Part shown: piece by piece, positions 1-21,832 of the stretch
Layout of the letters: every line of letters starts with the position of its first letter
Position numbering within the stretch: the stretch's first letter is position 1
Notes under the pieces: generated by a model
Told to the model about the DNA's origin: nothing
The model's input: the letters and a program-made list of their open reading frames with translations, nothing else
Database searches by the model: none
Position numbers and translations under genes: made by a program
Source: Macrostomum lignano
Taxonomy: Eukaryota
Reading direction: 5' to 3'
Assembly: GCA_002269645.1 (NCBI GenBank)
Contig: NIVC01000221.1
Coordinates: 682,001-746,000 of the forward strand
DNA: 64,000 nucleotides

Positions 1-675
1 ATCACTCTGAGAGATGCATTCACTCAATCACTCTGAGAGATGCATTCACTCAATCACTCTGAGAGATGCATTCACTCAATCACTCTGAGAGATGCATTCA
101 CTCAATCACTCTAAGAGATGCATTCACTCAATCACTCTGAGAGATGCATTCACTCAATCACTCTGAGAGATGCATTCACTCAATCACTCTGAGAGATGCA
201 TTCACTCAATCACTCTAAGAGATGCATTCACTCAATCACTCTGAGAGATGCATTCACTCAATCACTCTAAGAGATGCATTCACTCAATCACTCTGAGAGA
301 TGCATTCACTCAATCACTCTGAGAGATGCATTCACTCAATCACTCTGAGAGATGCATTCACTCAATCACTCTGAGAGATGCATTCACTCAATCACTCTAA
401 GAGATGCATTCACTCAATCACTCTGAGAGATGCATTCACTCAATCACTCTGAGAGATGCATTCACTCAATCACTCTGAGAGATGCATTCACTCAATCACT
501 CTGAGAGATGCATTCACTCAATCACTCTGAGAGATGCATTCACTCAATCACTCTGAGAGATGCATTCACTCAATCACTCTGAGAGATGCATTCACTCAAT
601 CACTCTGAGAGATGCATTCACTCAATCACTCTGAGAGATGCATTCACTCAATCACTAGGAGATGCATTCACTCAC
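1..675. repeat. 26-bp minisatellite (ATCACTCTGAGAGATGCATTCACTCA)n, runs off the window start
   Basis: About 25 near-perfect copies read directly, with a recurrent CTGAG/CTAAG variant. Confidence 0.97.
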
Positions 676-804
676 TCTTTCACCATGTGAGACACATTCA
701 CTCGCCAAGTAATGAAGGTGAAACTTAATCCGCTGCATTGTCCATGCACAGATAATAGATTAGTATTATTTATTGCAGGCTGCACTCATGATGTCTCCAA
801 ATGA

Positions 805-9371
<8,567 letters not shown>

Positions 9372-9909
9372 CTGCAAACAGGAGCAGATTATAATTTTAC
9401 CATGTGCACCCTAAAGCAGACTAGGGGGGTAAATCAATGGCAGTGCGCAGGGGGATTCAAGAGGGTCAGGGGGGAGAGAGAGTGCGTTGCTACCGGGAGA
9501 GGGATGGGAAAATAACGTAAATTCTCGAGCTAGACCAAGCAGCACTTTCGGGTTGCACAGCTGCACCAGCTTACGTTTAACACTGGCTACTGGGAGGCCA
9601 GCACTGGAGACGGACAGTTGGAAGGACTGATAATCTAGGAAGGAAAGCTAGCTAAGGACACGAGGCCTGTGCAGGAGTGAATTGCAGAATGAATGAGGTC
9701 TTAGCAAGATTCAGACCTCCGGACTCGATACTTTACATTTCAAGCAGCCATCTTGTTTGTTCATTCTACGGAACCCCCCCCCCTGTCGCTACTGTTGATG
9801 CACTGAAACTGACTGTGATATGCTTGCAACCTGTGTGTTTTGCTTGCGCATAGAGTAGCATTTTAGATTTTTTCTGAGGAGAGACAGGTTGGAGAGGGAA
9901 TTGAACTAG

Positions 9910-10155
<246 letters not shown>

Positions 10156-11255
10156 TCCGGATTAAAACCCTCTTACTATTAGTCTGCTGGGGAGCATGAT
10201 TTAGAAGCCGACGATTGATGGCATCATACGAGTGATCACTCAGTGCAAGACTGAGACCATGCTCAAGCCCAACTAAATCTCAGACTCAATGTATCAGAGG
10301 CTGCACCCAACCGCCTCAAGTTTCGTGCCCAGCTCAGCTGCATGGTTGATCCCGTTTGGCCGCTTGATGACAGCCTGAGGTAGGCTGTCTGTCTGGCTGT
10401 CTGTCAGCTTTGCAGAAGCTCAAGCAGATTTGAAGGATGTGAAAGAAAGTTTTGATGAGTGTGACGCAAGCAGAGGGAAAGAAAACGAGAGAGAGTGGAA
10501 GATGGGAACAGAAAATGGAGAGGGTGAGATGAGATAGAGACAAGACGAGAGAGGGAGACAGGGGAGAGAGGGAGACAGGGGTGAGAGGGAGACAGGGGAG
10601 AGACAGACCGGGATGAAAATTGCGAAAGCTACGACAACTCAAATCTAGTAAAATTAGTGAATTACCTGAGCTGATGGCCCCCAAAGGTGTTAAGCGAGAA
10701 TTGGCCACCTACTGCAATAATGCAGGTGTTTATTGAGAGAAGTCAGCAAGAAGTTCACGCGTAGTCAAGGCGAAGCACCTTAGTCAACTCAATTAGCGGT
10801 TCCTCTTGTTATCGTTCTAGCAGACTTCGAATTCGGGACGGCTCAAATTCTAAGGGTTTGGGGTTGGAGCAGTCTGTAGCGACATGGCTGGATCGGAGAC
10901 AGCTTGGCTGGGTACTTAAACCAAGGGAGATTCTACTCATACCGGCCTACTCAAAACCTGGCACTTCCATTTTTCTGCTTCTCTGTCTGTACTCCTACGC
11001 GATTGGTTGACTCTGAGCCCTCGCGCGGCGGCTTGGGCAGAGGCCAGGAGGGTTGAGACCGGTGAAGGGAAGGGAGAGAGAGAGAGATGCTGTGCGGGCG
11101 TACGTGAGTCTGCAGCTCATTTCTTGATTCGATACAGCAGAGCTGCTCTACTAGAAGACGGACTAATGGAGCGACCTCTTCTTCTCTAACGCACAAGATT
11201 TTCCTGATTCCTTCTAGAGTTTCAGTGAAGAAAGTGCACTGCGGTTGTGACTGTG

Positions 11256-11495
11256 TCAGTCAGTCAGTCAGTCAGTCAGTCAGTCAGTCAGTCAGTCAGT
11301 CAGTCAGTCAGTCAGTCAGTCAGTCAGTCAGTCAGTCAGTCAGTCAGTCAGTCAGTCAGTCAGTCAGTCAGTCAGTCAGTCAGTCAGTCAGTCAGTCAGT
11401 CAGTCAGTCAGTCAGTCAGTCAGTCAGTCAGTCAGTCAGTCAGTCAGTCAGTCAGTCAGTCAGTCAGTCAGTCAGTCAGTCAGTCAGTCAGTCAG
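11256..11495. repeat. (AGTC)n microsatellite
   Basis: Read directly. Confidence 0.98.
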
Positions 11496-11711
11496 TTAGC
11501 CAGCCAAATGCCTATTTTATATTAATACTTGCTTAACTGAAGTCGAAGGCACTCTCACTGCTCAGCTGAACAAACATTGGCAGAGCTGAGGGTGAGGCGA
11601 AAGTTTGGAGAGCAAATTACAGGCAGTTCAAGCATGGCTTAAAAAGCGCAGCTTACAACGTGTATTAACTTTTAATGACATTAGAAATTGTTAGAAAGTT
11701 AAAAAAAAATT

Positions 11712-11763
11712 GACAGACAGACAGACAGACAGACAGACATACAGACAGGCAGACAGACAGACC

Positions 11764-11823
<60 letters not shown>

Positions 11824-11849
11824 TACCGACAGACAGACAGACAGACAGG

Positions 11850-11887
<38 letters not shown>

Positions 11888-11905
11888 GGCAGACAGACAG
11901 ACAGC

Positions 11906-11958
<53 letters not shown>

Positions 11959-11961
11959 CTA

Positions 11962-12010
<49 letters not shown>

Positions 12011-12050
12011 CTAAGACAGACACTAAGACACTAAGGCACTAAGACAGACT
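11712..12050. repeat. (GACA)n microsatellite
   Basis: Read directly. Confidence 0.95.
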
Positions 12051-12924
12051 GCTCAAGTTCATATATTTTTTCTACTCAAGTTTATAACTGTTATGGGGTA
12101 CAGGTGACCCATGACTAGAAAATAAAACCAATGCTTTAAAGATTGCTGCTGAAGATTCACGCAGCCAAAGCCCCTCTGTGTGCTAAAACGCATTCAATAA
12201 AACCCCAAATCAACCAAGTCTACCGCACTTCACAATTGGGACACACAACTTTTCCCTTCTGTAGCTCAGCTTTCACTCTGCTCAACCTCTGTCACTCTTC
12301 CTTGAGCGGATGTCGGGCCTCTCCAAGCCACATTGAGCTGAGCATAGATGCGTTGGCATCATAAAAAGTGAGCAATGACTGCCCACAGTAGCCAGTAAAT
12401 CTGAGCCGTTCTGTTCCAGTGGGGGGAAGACGTTTTTTCGTCCCAGTTTCCCCTCCACAGCTTTGCATGCGCGCATGGACTGTGCGCCAGGGACTTTCAT
12501 AGTTAATAATCCTGGTTTGGAAACTTCGCTTTACAAACTAAACTTCTGTGCCTTTGGGGTTGCCATGACAATAGCAATAATGAGACTGGTGACTCTGACT
12601 GGCCGTAATTCTAAACTCCGCGGTGAACGCTTCCTCGGAGCGTCTCAATGAGTTTCAAAAATAGAGCTAGCAAAAAATGCCAAGAGAAGTTGAGAAGCTT
12701 GAGAAGCTTGGGGCTTTGTAATTATAGGGCTGCAATGAATTCCAATACAAAACGATCGATTGCACTACTTTAGTTGGGACTGTCATCGGCTTAGCCAGGT
12801 GCCGAGATTAAAGAGACTGAGACACGGTGCTTGCATCAATGCAATGCATACACTGATGATTTCGCTTTGCTAGGCTTGGTTATTTTCAACAGCATTATTC
12901 AAATTGAAGCACATTTCCAGTGCC

Positions 12925-13640
12925 TTGCCTCTTCTACCCTCTCTCCTCTCTCTTCTCCTCTCTTCTCTCTCTTCTCCTCTCTCTTCTCCTCTCTCCTCTT
13001 TCTTCTCTCTTCTCCTCTCTCTTCTCCTCTCTCCTCTCTCCTCTCTCCTCTCTCCTCTCTCCTCTCTCTTCTCTCTCTTCTCTCTCTTCTCTCTCTTCTC
13101 CTCTCTCCTCTCTCATCTCCTCACTCCTCTCTCTTTTCCTCTCTCCTCTCTCTTCTCCTCTCTCTTCTCCTCTCTCTTCTCCTCTCTCTTCTCCTCTCTC
13201 CTCTCTTCTCTTCTCTCTCCTCTCTTCTCCTTTCTCCTCTCCCCCCTCTCTTCTCCTGTCTCCTCTCTTCTCCTCTCTCTCTCCTCTCTCTTCTCCTCGC
13301 TCCTTTCTCTTCTCCTCTCTCCTCTCTCTTCTCTCTCTTCTCTCTTCTCCTCTCTCCTCTCTCTTCTCTCTCCTCTCTTCTCCTTTCTCCTCTCCTCCCC
13401 TCTCTTCTCCTCTCTCCTCTCCTCTCTCTCTTTCTCTCTTCTCTCTCCATTCTCTTCTCCTCTCTCCTCTCCTCTCTCCTCTCCTCTCTCCTCCCCTCTC
13501 TCCTCTCTTCTCTCCTCTCTCTCTTTCTCTCTTCTCTCTCCATTCTCTTCTCCACTCTCCTCTCCTCTCTCCTCTCCTCTCTCCTCCCCTCTCTCCTCTC
13601 TTCTCTCCTCTCCTCTCCCCTCTCTTTTTCTCCATCCTCT
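12925..13640. repeat. Polypyrimidine (CT/CTT) low-complexity tract
   Basis: About 700 bp almost entirely C/T. Confidence 0.95.
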
Positions 13641-14219
13641 TTTGTCACCTCTTCCTTCTTCGCTATATTTTGGATTCAGTGTCACTTTGTAAAAATCCGC
13701 TTGCCCCCATAATTAATGAAGTATTCATCCTTTCAGCCTCTGCTTTTTCTCCTCTTAGTGTCCATTAAACGACCCTTCCTGCAGTATTTTAGCGCGGCCG
13801 CGTGATCGTAACTTCCAAGTTTTCTATTTAGATTACATTTTAAAATAGTATAATATATGTGCCTCAACACTGCAAGAAATAAAGCAGGTTTTGCACAGAA
13901 ATCTAATAAGCCGATAAAAAATCTGTTTCTGAACTTCGCACCCCGCATAAGCCGCGACGACAGATCGATAAGAAGGTTAACTGATAGTAAAGCTTTATTG
14001 TAACATTGAGCCTTCAACTGGTAGATTTTTTAATTAAGAGAATTTTTCCTCTGCTAGCAGTAAAATCCAAAGTAATTTAAAATGAATAATCTCGGGGTTC
14101 TGATATGCTTTTTATTGGAATTTTAATGAGTTATTGTTTTTGTCTACAGATTTATACAATCTGCTGTGATGAATTTTATAAATGTTTTGAGCCATTAGTT
14201 TGTTGGTGAATTGTGAGAT

Positions 14220-14835
14220 TTATAATTCTGGACTGGAGTAAGACGAGAAGAGAGAGGAGAGAAAGGTGAGAGGAGAGAGGAGAGAGAAGAGAAACGAAAG
14301 ATGATAGGGGAGATATGAAAGGTTAGAGAAGAGAGGAAAGCGGTGAGAAGAGAGAGGAGAGAGGAGAGAGGAGAGAGGAGAGAGGAGAGGTGAGAGAAGA
14401 GAGAAGAGAGACGGGACACTAGGGGAAAGAGGAGAGAAGGGAGAGGGGGAGGGAAGGGGGGAGAGGTGAGAGGGGAGAGGGGAGAGGGGAGAGGGGAGAG
14501 GGGAGAGGAGAGAGGAGAGAGGAGAGGTGAGAGAAGAGAGAAGAGAGACGGGACACTAGGGGAAAGAGGAGAGAAGGGAGAGGGGGAGGGAAGGGGGGAG
14601 AGGTGAGAGGGGAGAGGGGAGAGGGGAGAGGGGAGAGGAGAGAGGAGAGAGGAGAGGTGAGAGAAGAGAGAAGAGAGACGGGACACTAGGGGAAAGAGGA
14701 GAGAAGGGAGAGGGGAAGGGAAGGGGGGAGAGGGGAGAGGAGAGAGGAGAGAGGAGAAACGAGAGATGAGACGGGATGAGAGAGCAGACGAGAGGTGAGA
14801 CGAGACAGGTGATAGAAGAGAATGTAGAGAGAGAT
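14220..14835. repeat. Polypurine (GA) tract with ~130-bp higher-order repeat
   Basis: The marker ACGGGACACTAGGGG recurs at 14411, 14548 and 14678. Confidence 0.92.
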
Positions 14836-15387
14836 GAAGAGCAGAAAATATAAGCAGAACGAACCCGTGAAGACGAGCACATGATGCACGCAGCACCGAT
14901 TGAACCCTGAGGCTGGTATCGCTGAAAAGACAGCGATCAAGAGCCAGGAGGTCTGATGTTCTCCAGCCCATCTCCCAATCCCCTTGCAATTAGTGAGCCC
15001 AGTAATTCCACAAGGCTGCTCAATGGCTCTTCAAATTATATTTCTAGGGAGAAGAATAATTTCAATAATTGCAGCCTCATCTCGCGATGCTCCGCGAGTT
15101 CGGGATCGCGACTCTGCAAATAATGCGAATCTCTTGAGCGGGTTGAAGTGCCGTGGGGAATTCAAGAATTGAGGATAAAAATTTTAAATATCGAGACATG
15201 ACAAACCAGAGGGAGGCACTTGCCAAGTGGAATGCTCGTGTCGCTATGGATATTCGGGGTTGAAAGTATGGAAATCTAACATATGCATGTCTGTCGAAGG
15301 CGTCACGTTTTGGCCAGGTTTGTGTTAGACTGCTCAAAGTAGACACTTTGCATAATACTTGGAATACGGAGCAAAATGACGAACTAT

Positions 15388-16062
<675 letters not shown>

Positions 16063-17199
16063 ACAACAGTCGTCTCACCTTAGCTGCGGTCTGGCTTTCT
16101 CGTTCGCCGTTGCTTCCAGAAGAAAGCCACCATTGTTGGATTGCGACGAGATGGACATTTTCACAGCACCTCTCGAGGCTCCTGTACTTGCTGTGTTGTC
16201 CCGATGTTTTAACAAACGGTCAAATAAATTTTCTTTACAAAACAAAAAAACAAAATTCTGAAGCAAAACAGACTTTCACTACTTTGATATTTGAGTCTTG
16301 GCTTTAAAAAGCTTATTAGAGCTGGAAAATCGATTGATTTGAGCTGCTGTATAGTCCCTATGGCAGAGCACTGCACTTCTTATAGAGTTGCGGTTCTCAG
16401 TTGTGGGCACACTGAGATCCTATTAATCTAAACGCAGCGTTGGATCTGCCTTTGAGCACAAGTGCGCGAGTACACTGCAGTTAGAGATAAGGAATATCAA
16501 GCGCATATCGCATGCGTTTATGCAAAGCTGGGTGCGTATTTTTTACACCAATAGAGGACGGCAGTCAGAGTCTCAAGCTTGCAACATATATACGAGTCTT
16601 GTAGCAGTTTGCTTTGTCAATACAGATAGACAATAGTGTGGCTGCCTTATTCCATGATAGCACCGGCTCATATTGGTTCAGTGCTTCCATGTGCTTCTGC
16701 AAGTGAAGCCCATTTCCTGTGCTCACATTCTCACGGATTTAGCTACACAAAATTGAGTACAAAATGAAACAATTTCCCAATACGCATTTCGCGTGTTCAC
16801 ATAGTCTCCTGGTCGACGTGATAACGAAATTTAGAGGTTTGGTAGGGCTGCTCTGAGGCGCAGGTCAAAGAGTACTCAAGTACTTCAAGTTTTTATAGAA
16901 AAATACATTGCGGAGATATTATAGGAGGTTTTCATTTCTTCAGCACCATAGTTGTTATTGCTTTTGATAAAAGACAGACTCAATGTTCATCTTTTAATGT
17001 CTCCTTTCTTACAGGTTTATATATTGCTATTCATTACAGCTTTTCATTAAAAAAATTAGGATTCTATATGTTAATTTTATATCAAACGTACAATCCTACA
17101 TGTCAAGTGCCTAAAATAAAAGAAATGTGTAACAGAATGATAAAATTGTGTCATAAAACCATATGAGTCGAGCTCATAGGATAGGATAGGATAGCTTTT

Positions 17200-18190
17200 C
17201 GGTGAGGTGGCACCCAACGAATGGACGACGGCGCACATCGTCGTTATTCCGAAGTAGCCAGGCGTCACACGGCCTGAGGAGCACCAAGGTATCCGCCTGA
17301 AGTTCTGCGCTGCAAAGCTGTTCAACCGGATGCTGCTATCGCGGTAGCAGCCCGTACGTGCTGAATTCGTACTTGCGGCATGAGCAGAACGGCTTCCGGC
17401 CCCATCGCGGCGCAGTGGCACAGATCCTGGCTCTTCGCCGAGTCATCGAGGATGCGCGGACCCGCCAGTCAAGCCTGATTGCTCTCTTTATTGACTTCAG
17501 GAAGGTTTTCGACTCCGTCGTGAGGGCCATGCTCCCAATGGTGCTCCCAACGACCGGCGTTGCGACGAGCGTCGGCCTGGTGCTGAACACGCAGAAGACC
17601 GTCTTGCTCTGCATGCTGGACGACATCGAGGCTGCTATTTTCTACCTCGGAGGTCCGGTGCCTGACGTTCGCGAGGACCTGCGACGTCGCCGTGGACTTG
17701 CCTGGGCTGCCTTCCGTTCCGTGAGGGCTTTCAGTACGAGGCCCTGCCTGACCGCCAGTGGACGGCGTTGTTCTAGGCGGGGATCTAGATCGTCATGTTG
17801 TACAACGCCGAGACCTGGACTCTGACGGATTCGCTGGAACAGCAAGTCGATGAGGCGCACGCTGGCCTGCTGCGCGCCGCCTTCAAGATCGGCTACGAGC
17901 GAGTCACCAATGCGGCACTCAATCGCCGCACTCGCCTGTTCCGTCCCATCAAATCGTTTCGCCGTCGGCGACTCCAGCTGGCAGGCCATAATATTCGAGC
18001 CGAGTCGTTCTGCCCACAACCGGTGCAGGAAGTGCTGCTGCTGACAATGCAGGCACCCTACTTCCAGGGACAGGCGCGCACTCGGCGTTTCGTCGACTAC
18101 CTGTTGGCTGATGCCGGCGCCCCAGACACTGCGGCGGTGCGGCCTACGTTCGCGCCCAGGCCCTGAAACGCGCCCTGTGACGTTGTCCCA
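17200..18190 (+). mobile_element. Decayed RTE-like non-LTR retrotransposon RT fragment with internal deletion
   Basis: Broken frames read EWTTAHIVVIPK*, AKLFNRMLL, LRHEQNGFRP, LFIDFRKVFDSV, then MLYNAETWTLT and RRRLQLAGH. The central RT motifs (GxxQG, YADD) are missing, and stops and frameshifts are present. Confidence 0.88.
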
Positions 18191-20613
18191 CTCTTGACTG
18201 GCTGACAACGTATTTTGTTATTGTAGGATAACATAGAATCCTGTAATTTTCTAACCGAAAAGCTTTATGAATATCAATAGAGCAATAAGAAAGGCATGCA
18301 AGACATTTCAAAGATGAACATTGGGGCTCCCTTCTATCAAAAGCAATAGCGATTACTGTGCTGAAAAATGAAAACCTATCTCCGTAATGTATACATATTG
18401 TTTTTATAAAATCTGCCTCTTAAAAATTATAAAGAAACGTATAGTTTTCTGTCCTACTACTTTAGTAGGGTCCTTGGGAGAAAAAACCTTCGCGATTAAG
18501 TTACTCTTTTGATGAAGAATTAAGGGATAGTGTATATGTCTAGTGTAGTCGGCATAGTCAGTCGGTCTTTAGAGACCATCAATGAAGGCAATAAGAAACG
18601 TGTCCAGTCTTTCTTAAATTTGATTTGTTGCTACATGTTCATTATAATAAGCCAAGCTTATAGCTTATTAAATACTTTGATGTAGTACTCAAAATACTTA
18701 AGCCTTAAATAATCTACATCATGTAGATGTGTTTGTTATGTGTTTCATATGTCTTACAAGTTAAACGCTACAAGTTACAAGTTGATTAGCGATTATCGCC
18801 ACGTAGTGTTTTGCTCTACTGTGGTTTGCAATTCCATAAGGGAAATTATGATAACTATATATAAGCTTGAGTAAAAGACAAAGACTTTTTCTCAGCTTGT
18901 CAATTATTACACGCGTCGAGAATTGTAGACATTTCAAGACACTGCATAAAACGGATCGCTTGTAATTTTAATTTTATGAAACGAAATTTATTTGTCACTT
19001 GTCACTAGTCGTACTTGTAGGCACTATAGCTTACAAGTCGTATATGAACACCCCCTGGGGGGGCGTTTCATAGAGGTTATAAATTAAAAGCTACTACAAG
19101 CTTGTAGACTACAAACTACAAATGACAATTTACAATAGTATGCGTTTCAATACTTAATTTGTAAGTTTGAGCGAATAGCCACAGGCTAAAATTTGTCAAT
19201 CTACAAGTATCTATGGTTAAAATCTATTAAAAACAAGACTATATTAAAAGACGTTCTCGTTTTCAGCAGCCGCGGCCCATTCCTCAAGCTGCCAAACCCT
19301 TTTCCTACGCGAGCAAGAATGCCACTGTCTATCTTTGGAGAAGAAGATTGTATTAGAAAAAATAAAAGATATAAAAGATCATCTTAGTCTAAATCAAAGT
19401 TAAAGTTAACTCAATCCTTAAACGTGCGTCGGTGTTCCGGGGCGATTTCAACGTCACAGCGTCTCTATCACTATCTACGAGGTTGCAGGCTCGTACTTAG
19501 CATTATTATTCAGCATGAAGATACCATAGACGATTGAGCGCATTCATGGATTTTCTTTGCTAAAAATCTATGATCATCATTTTGTCTCTTGCGTATCCAA
19601 TTCCGGTTTCGTCAATGTTCTATGTCGATGCGACCTTGGTTTCTGGAAAACACCCACTGAACAATTTCCTTATAAGAGTTTTGTTGCGACATCAATGACT
19701 TTAACCACAAAACGACAAATATTCAATTAGGGTACGTTTCTTCCTGCACAGAAATCCGAAATTGATGACATTGTGCTTTCACATAACATCAACTAATAAC
19801 GAACGACGTCTGCATGCGTTGGCTGAACGTTGGTGTAATGTAAAAGTACATATCTGTCATCAGTGTCATATTATTGTACGGGTCTATCGGCCTCGAACTC
19901 ATTTCTAAGAAAATTGAACGTAATTAGCGTCCTTCCACTTCAGCGCACTGCCCAGTTGCCAAAACAACTTCAATGTATTCGTCTATTTTTAGCTTGAAAA
20001 ACTGAAATCTTTTTTACATTTCTTTTCTTTTACCATGACTTTGTATTGTTGATTCTAAGAAAACAATGCGTTAATCGATTTGTAAAGAAAACAATGGTTC
20101 GCTTCTGCGGATGCGTTACTACCTACTTCTTTGTGTCTCGAATTTCCGCAACTTGCCTTCTCTGCACCAGTCTTAGACAGAGAGATGCCTTTGGGGTTGA
20201 ACGCTGCATCAGCTACCCACAGGAAACGCTCTGAGACAATACAACGGATCTGCCTTCCAATTGCTGTTAGGGATATAGCTTAAAAGTGAATTTAAAAAAA
20301 ACTTTTTATATTAGTTCAAAAAATTAATGACGAATTCGCCGAAATTAATATAGATAGCCAGGGCAAAAATTCAAAAGAAGGTTTGTATTTTCTGTTTCTC
20401 TAAAGCTACACAGAAATCAGATTTTGTTTCACTACTCAAAAGAATATTACGGGGCACGTTAGCATCAAACTTCATTCGAGGCCGGGAAAATAAAAACTCG
20501 ATTTCAGGGTTAGCAGCAAATGTTCTTCATGGGTTCAATGTGTCGTTTTCAATAATCTTTTTTGCAGTTCTCTTCCGTATACAGTCTCTATAGCTCCTTC
20601 ATCTACTAAGCCT

Positions 20614-20837
20614 TCACAGCTTCATCCCGACTCACTTAGCCTCACAGCTTCATCCAGACCCACTCAGCCTCACAGCTTCATCCAGACCCACTCAGCCTCA
20701 CAGCTTCATCCAGACCCTCTCAGCCTCACAGCTTCATCCAGACCCACTCAGCCTCACAGCTTCATCCAGACCCTCTCAGCCTCACAGCTTCATCCAGACC
20801 CACTCAGCCTCACAGCTTCATCCAGACCCACTCAGCC
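20614..20837. repeat. 28-bp tandem array made of the final 28 nt of the WSC-PAN CDS including its stop codon
   Basis: Eight copies of TCACAGCTTCATCCAGACCCACTCAGCC at 28-bp spacing (20614...20810); the copy at 20810 is the real CDS end. Confidence 0.93.
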
Positions 20838-21681
20838 TCGCTGGCCACCTCAGCGGGCACAGCGGCGAATCTCAGCAGGCGGCACATGCGGCTCGAAGGC
20901 GCGAAGGCGCAGCCCTGACAGTCCGGGCTGCCGTAGCAGATGGTGGCGCATTCAACGGCACTGCTGGCTGCGATGCTGCGGTGAGTGATGGAGCTGGCGG
21001 AGGCTGTGATGTTCAGCAGAGACGTCACGGGCAGTTTCGACATCACTGGATCGACTGCAGAAGGTTTGGTTGAAAATAATTTTTAAATTTAATACTTTAA
21101 TCGATCATATTTATTCGACTACTGCTCATAAATCGTCCAGCTCGAACTAAATTCAAAGATGACTTAAGAACACTGCGTTTTTAAGTCGTCCTTGGGCAAA
21201 ATTACCCTTGTGTTTACACTTGTACAAACTGCGTAAATCCGAAACGCTCACTTGATGAGTAAGTCAATTCGTAGATGGAATTTTTCAACACTCCACCGCA
21301 AATCTGAGACGAGTTTCCGCTGCAAGGTCTGCTGCAGTCGCCAGCCGGTGCGATGCCGTGCGATCCGTAGGCTAAGCCGCAGCAGCAGTAGCGCGAGGCC
21401 TGAACTCCAAAGTAGCGAAATCGGCCGTAAGAGCACATCTGGCTGCACAGTTGCAGTGTCATCTTTGCCTCATCGTAAAAAAATCCTGGGACATCGGGTT
21501 GAGTCTCAAACTGTCCGAACTTTTTCACCCCCTCCAGTCCTACAAGATCTCGGTTGCCATTACCGCCATCCACGTAGCAGCCGACGTGGCGAAACTCCAA
21601 CGGTTGAGGCGGCACGGAAGCAGCGGCGCAGCGTCCGGAACCGGCTGCCCAGCAGAGCAGCAAAGCGCAGAGTTTCAGCAT
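20810..21681 (-). CDS. Secreted protein: signal peptide + WSC domain + PAN/Apple-like domain (~224 aa, 2 exons)
   Basis: Exon 21681-21252 (ATG; MLKLCALLLCWAAG signal; GCYVD...MTLQLCSQMC...YFGVQASRYCCCG...CSRPCSGNSSQICGG is a WSC pattern). Phase-1 intron. Exon 21054-20810 (SAVECATICYGSPDCQGCAFAPSSRMCRL is a PAN/Apple Cys pattern). Confidence 0.88.
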
Positions 21682-21832
21682 TGGGAAAAGAATCTCCGAG
21701 AGTGACCGAACTGCACTTTCTGAGACGCTTCTTCTGATTCAGGTAAGAAATTTAAGCAATATATTTGCTGGAAGAAGCCAATGGAAAATCGCCCACCAAA
21801 GCTATGCATGGATTGGCTGAGGTTTCACCTCG

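Noticed and set aside
1-675. CRISPR-like regularity of this and other arrays
   Set aside because: Head-to-tail units with no unique spacers, no cas genes and a eukaryotic context.
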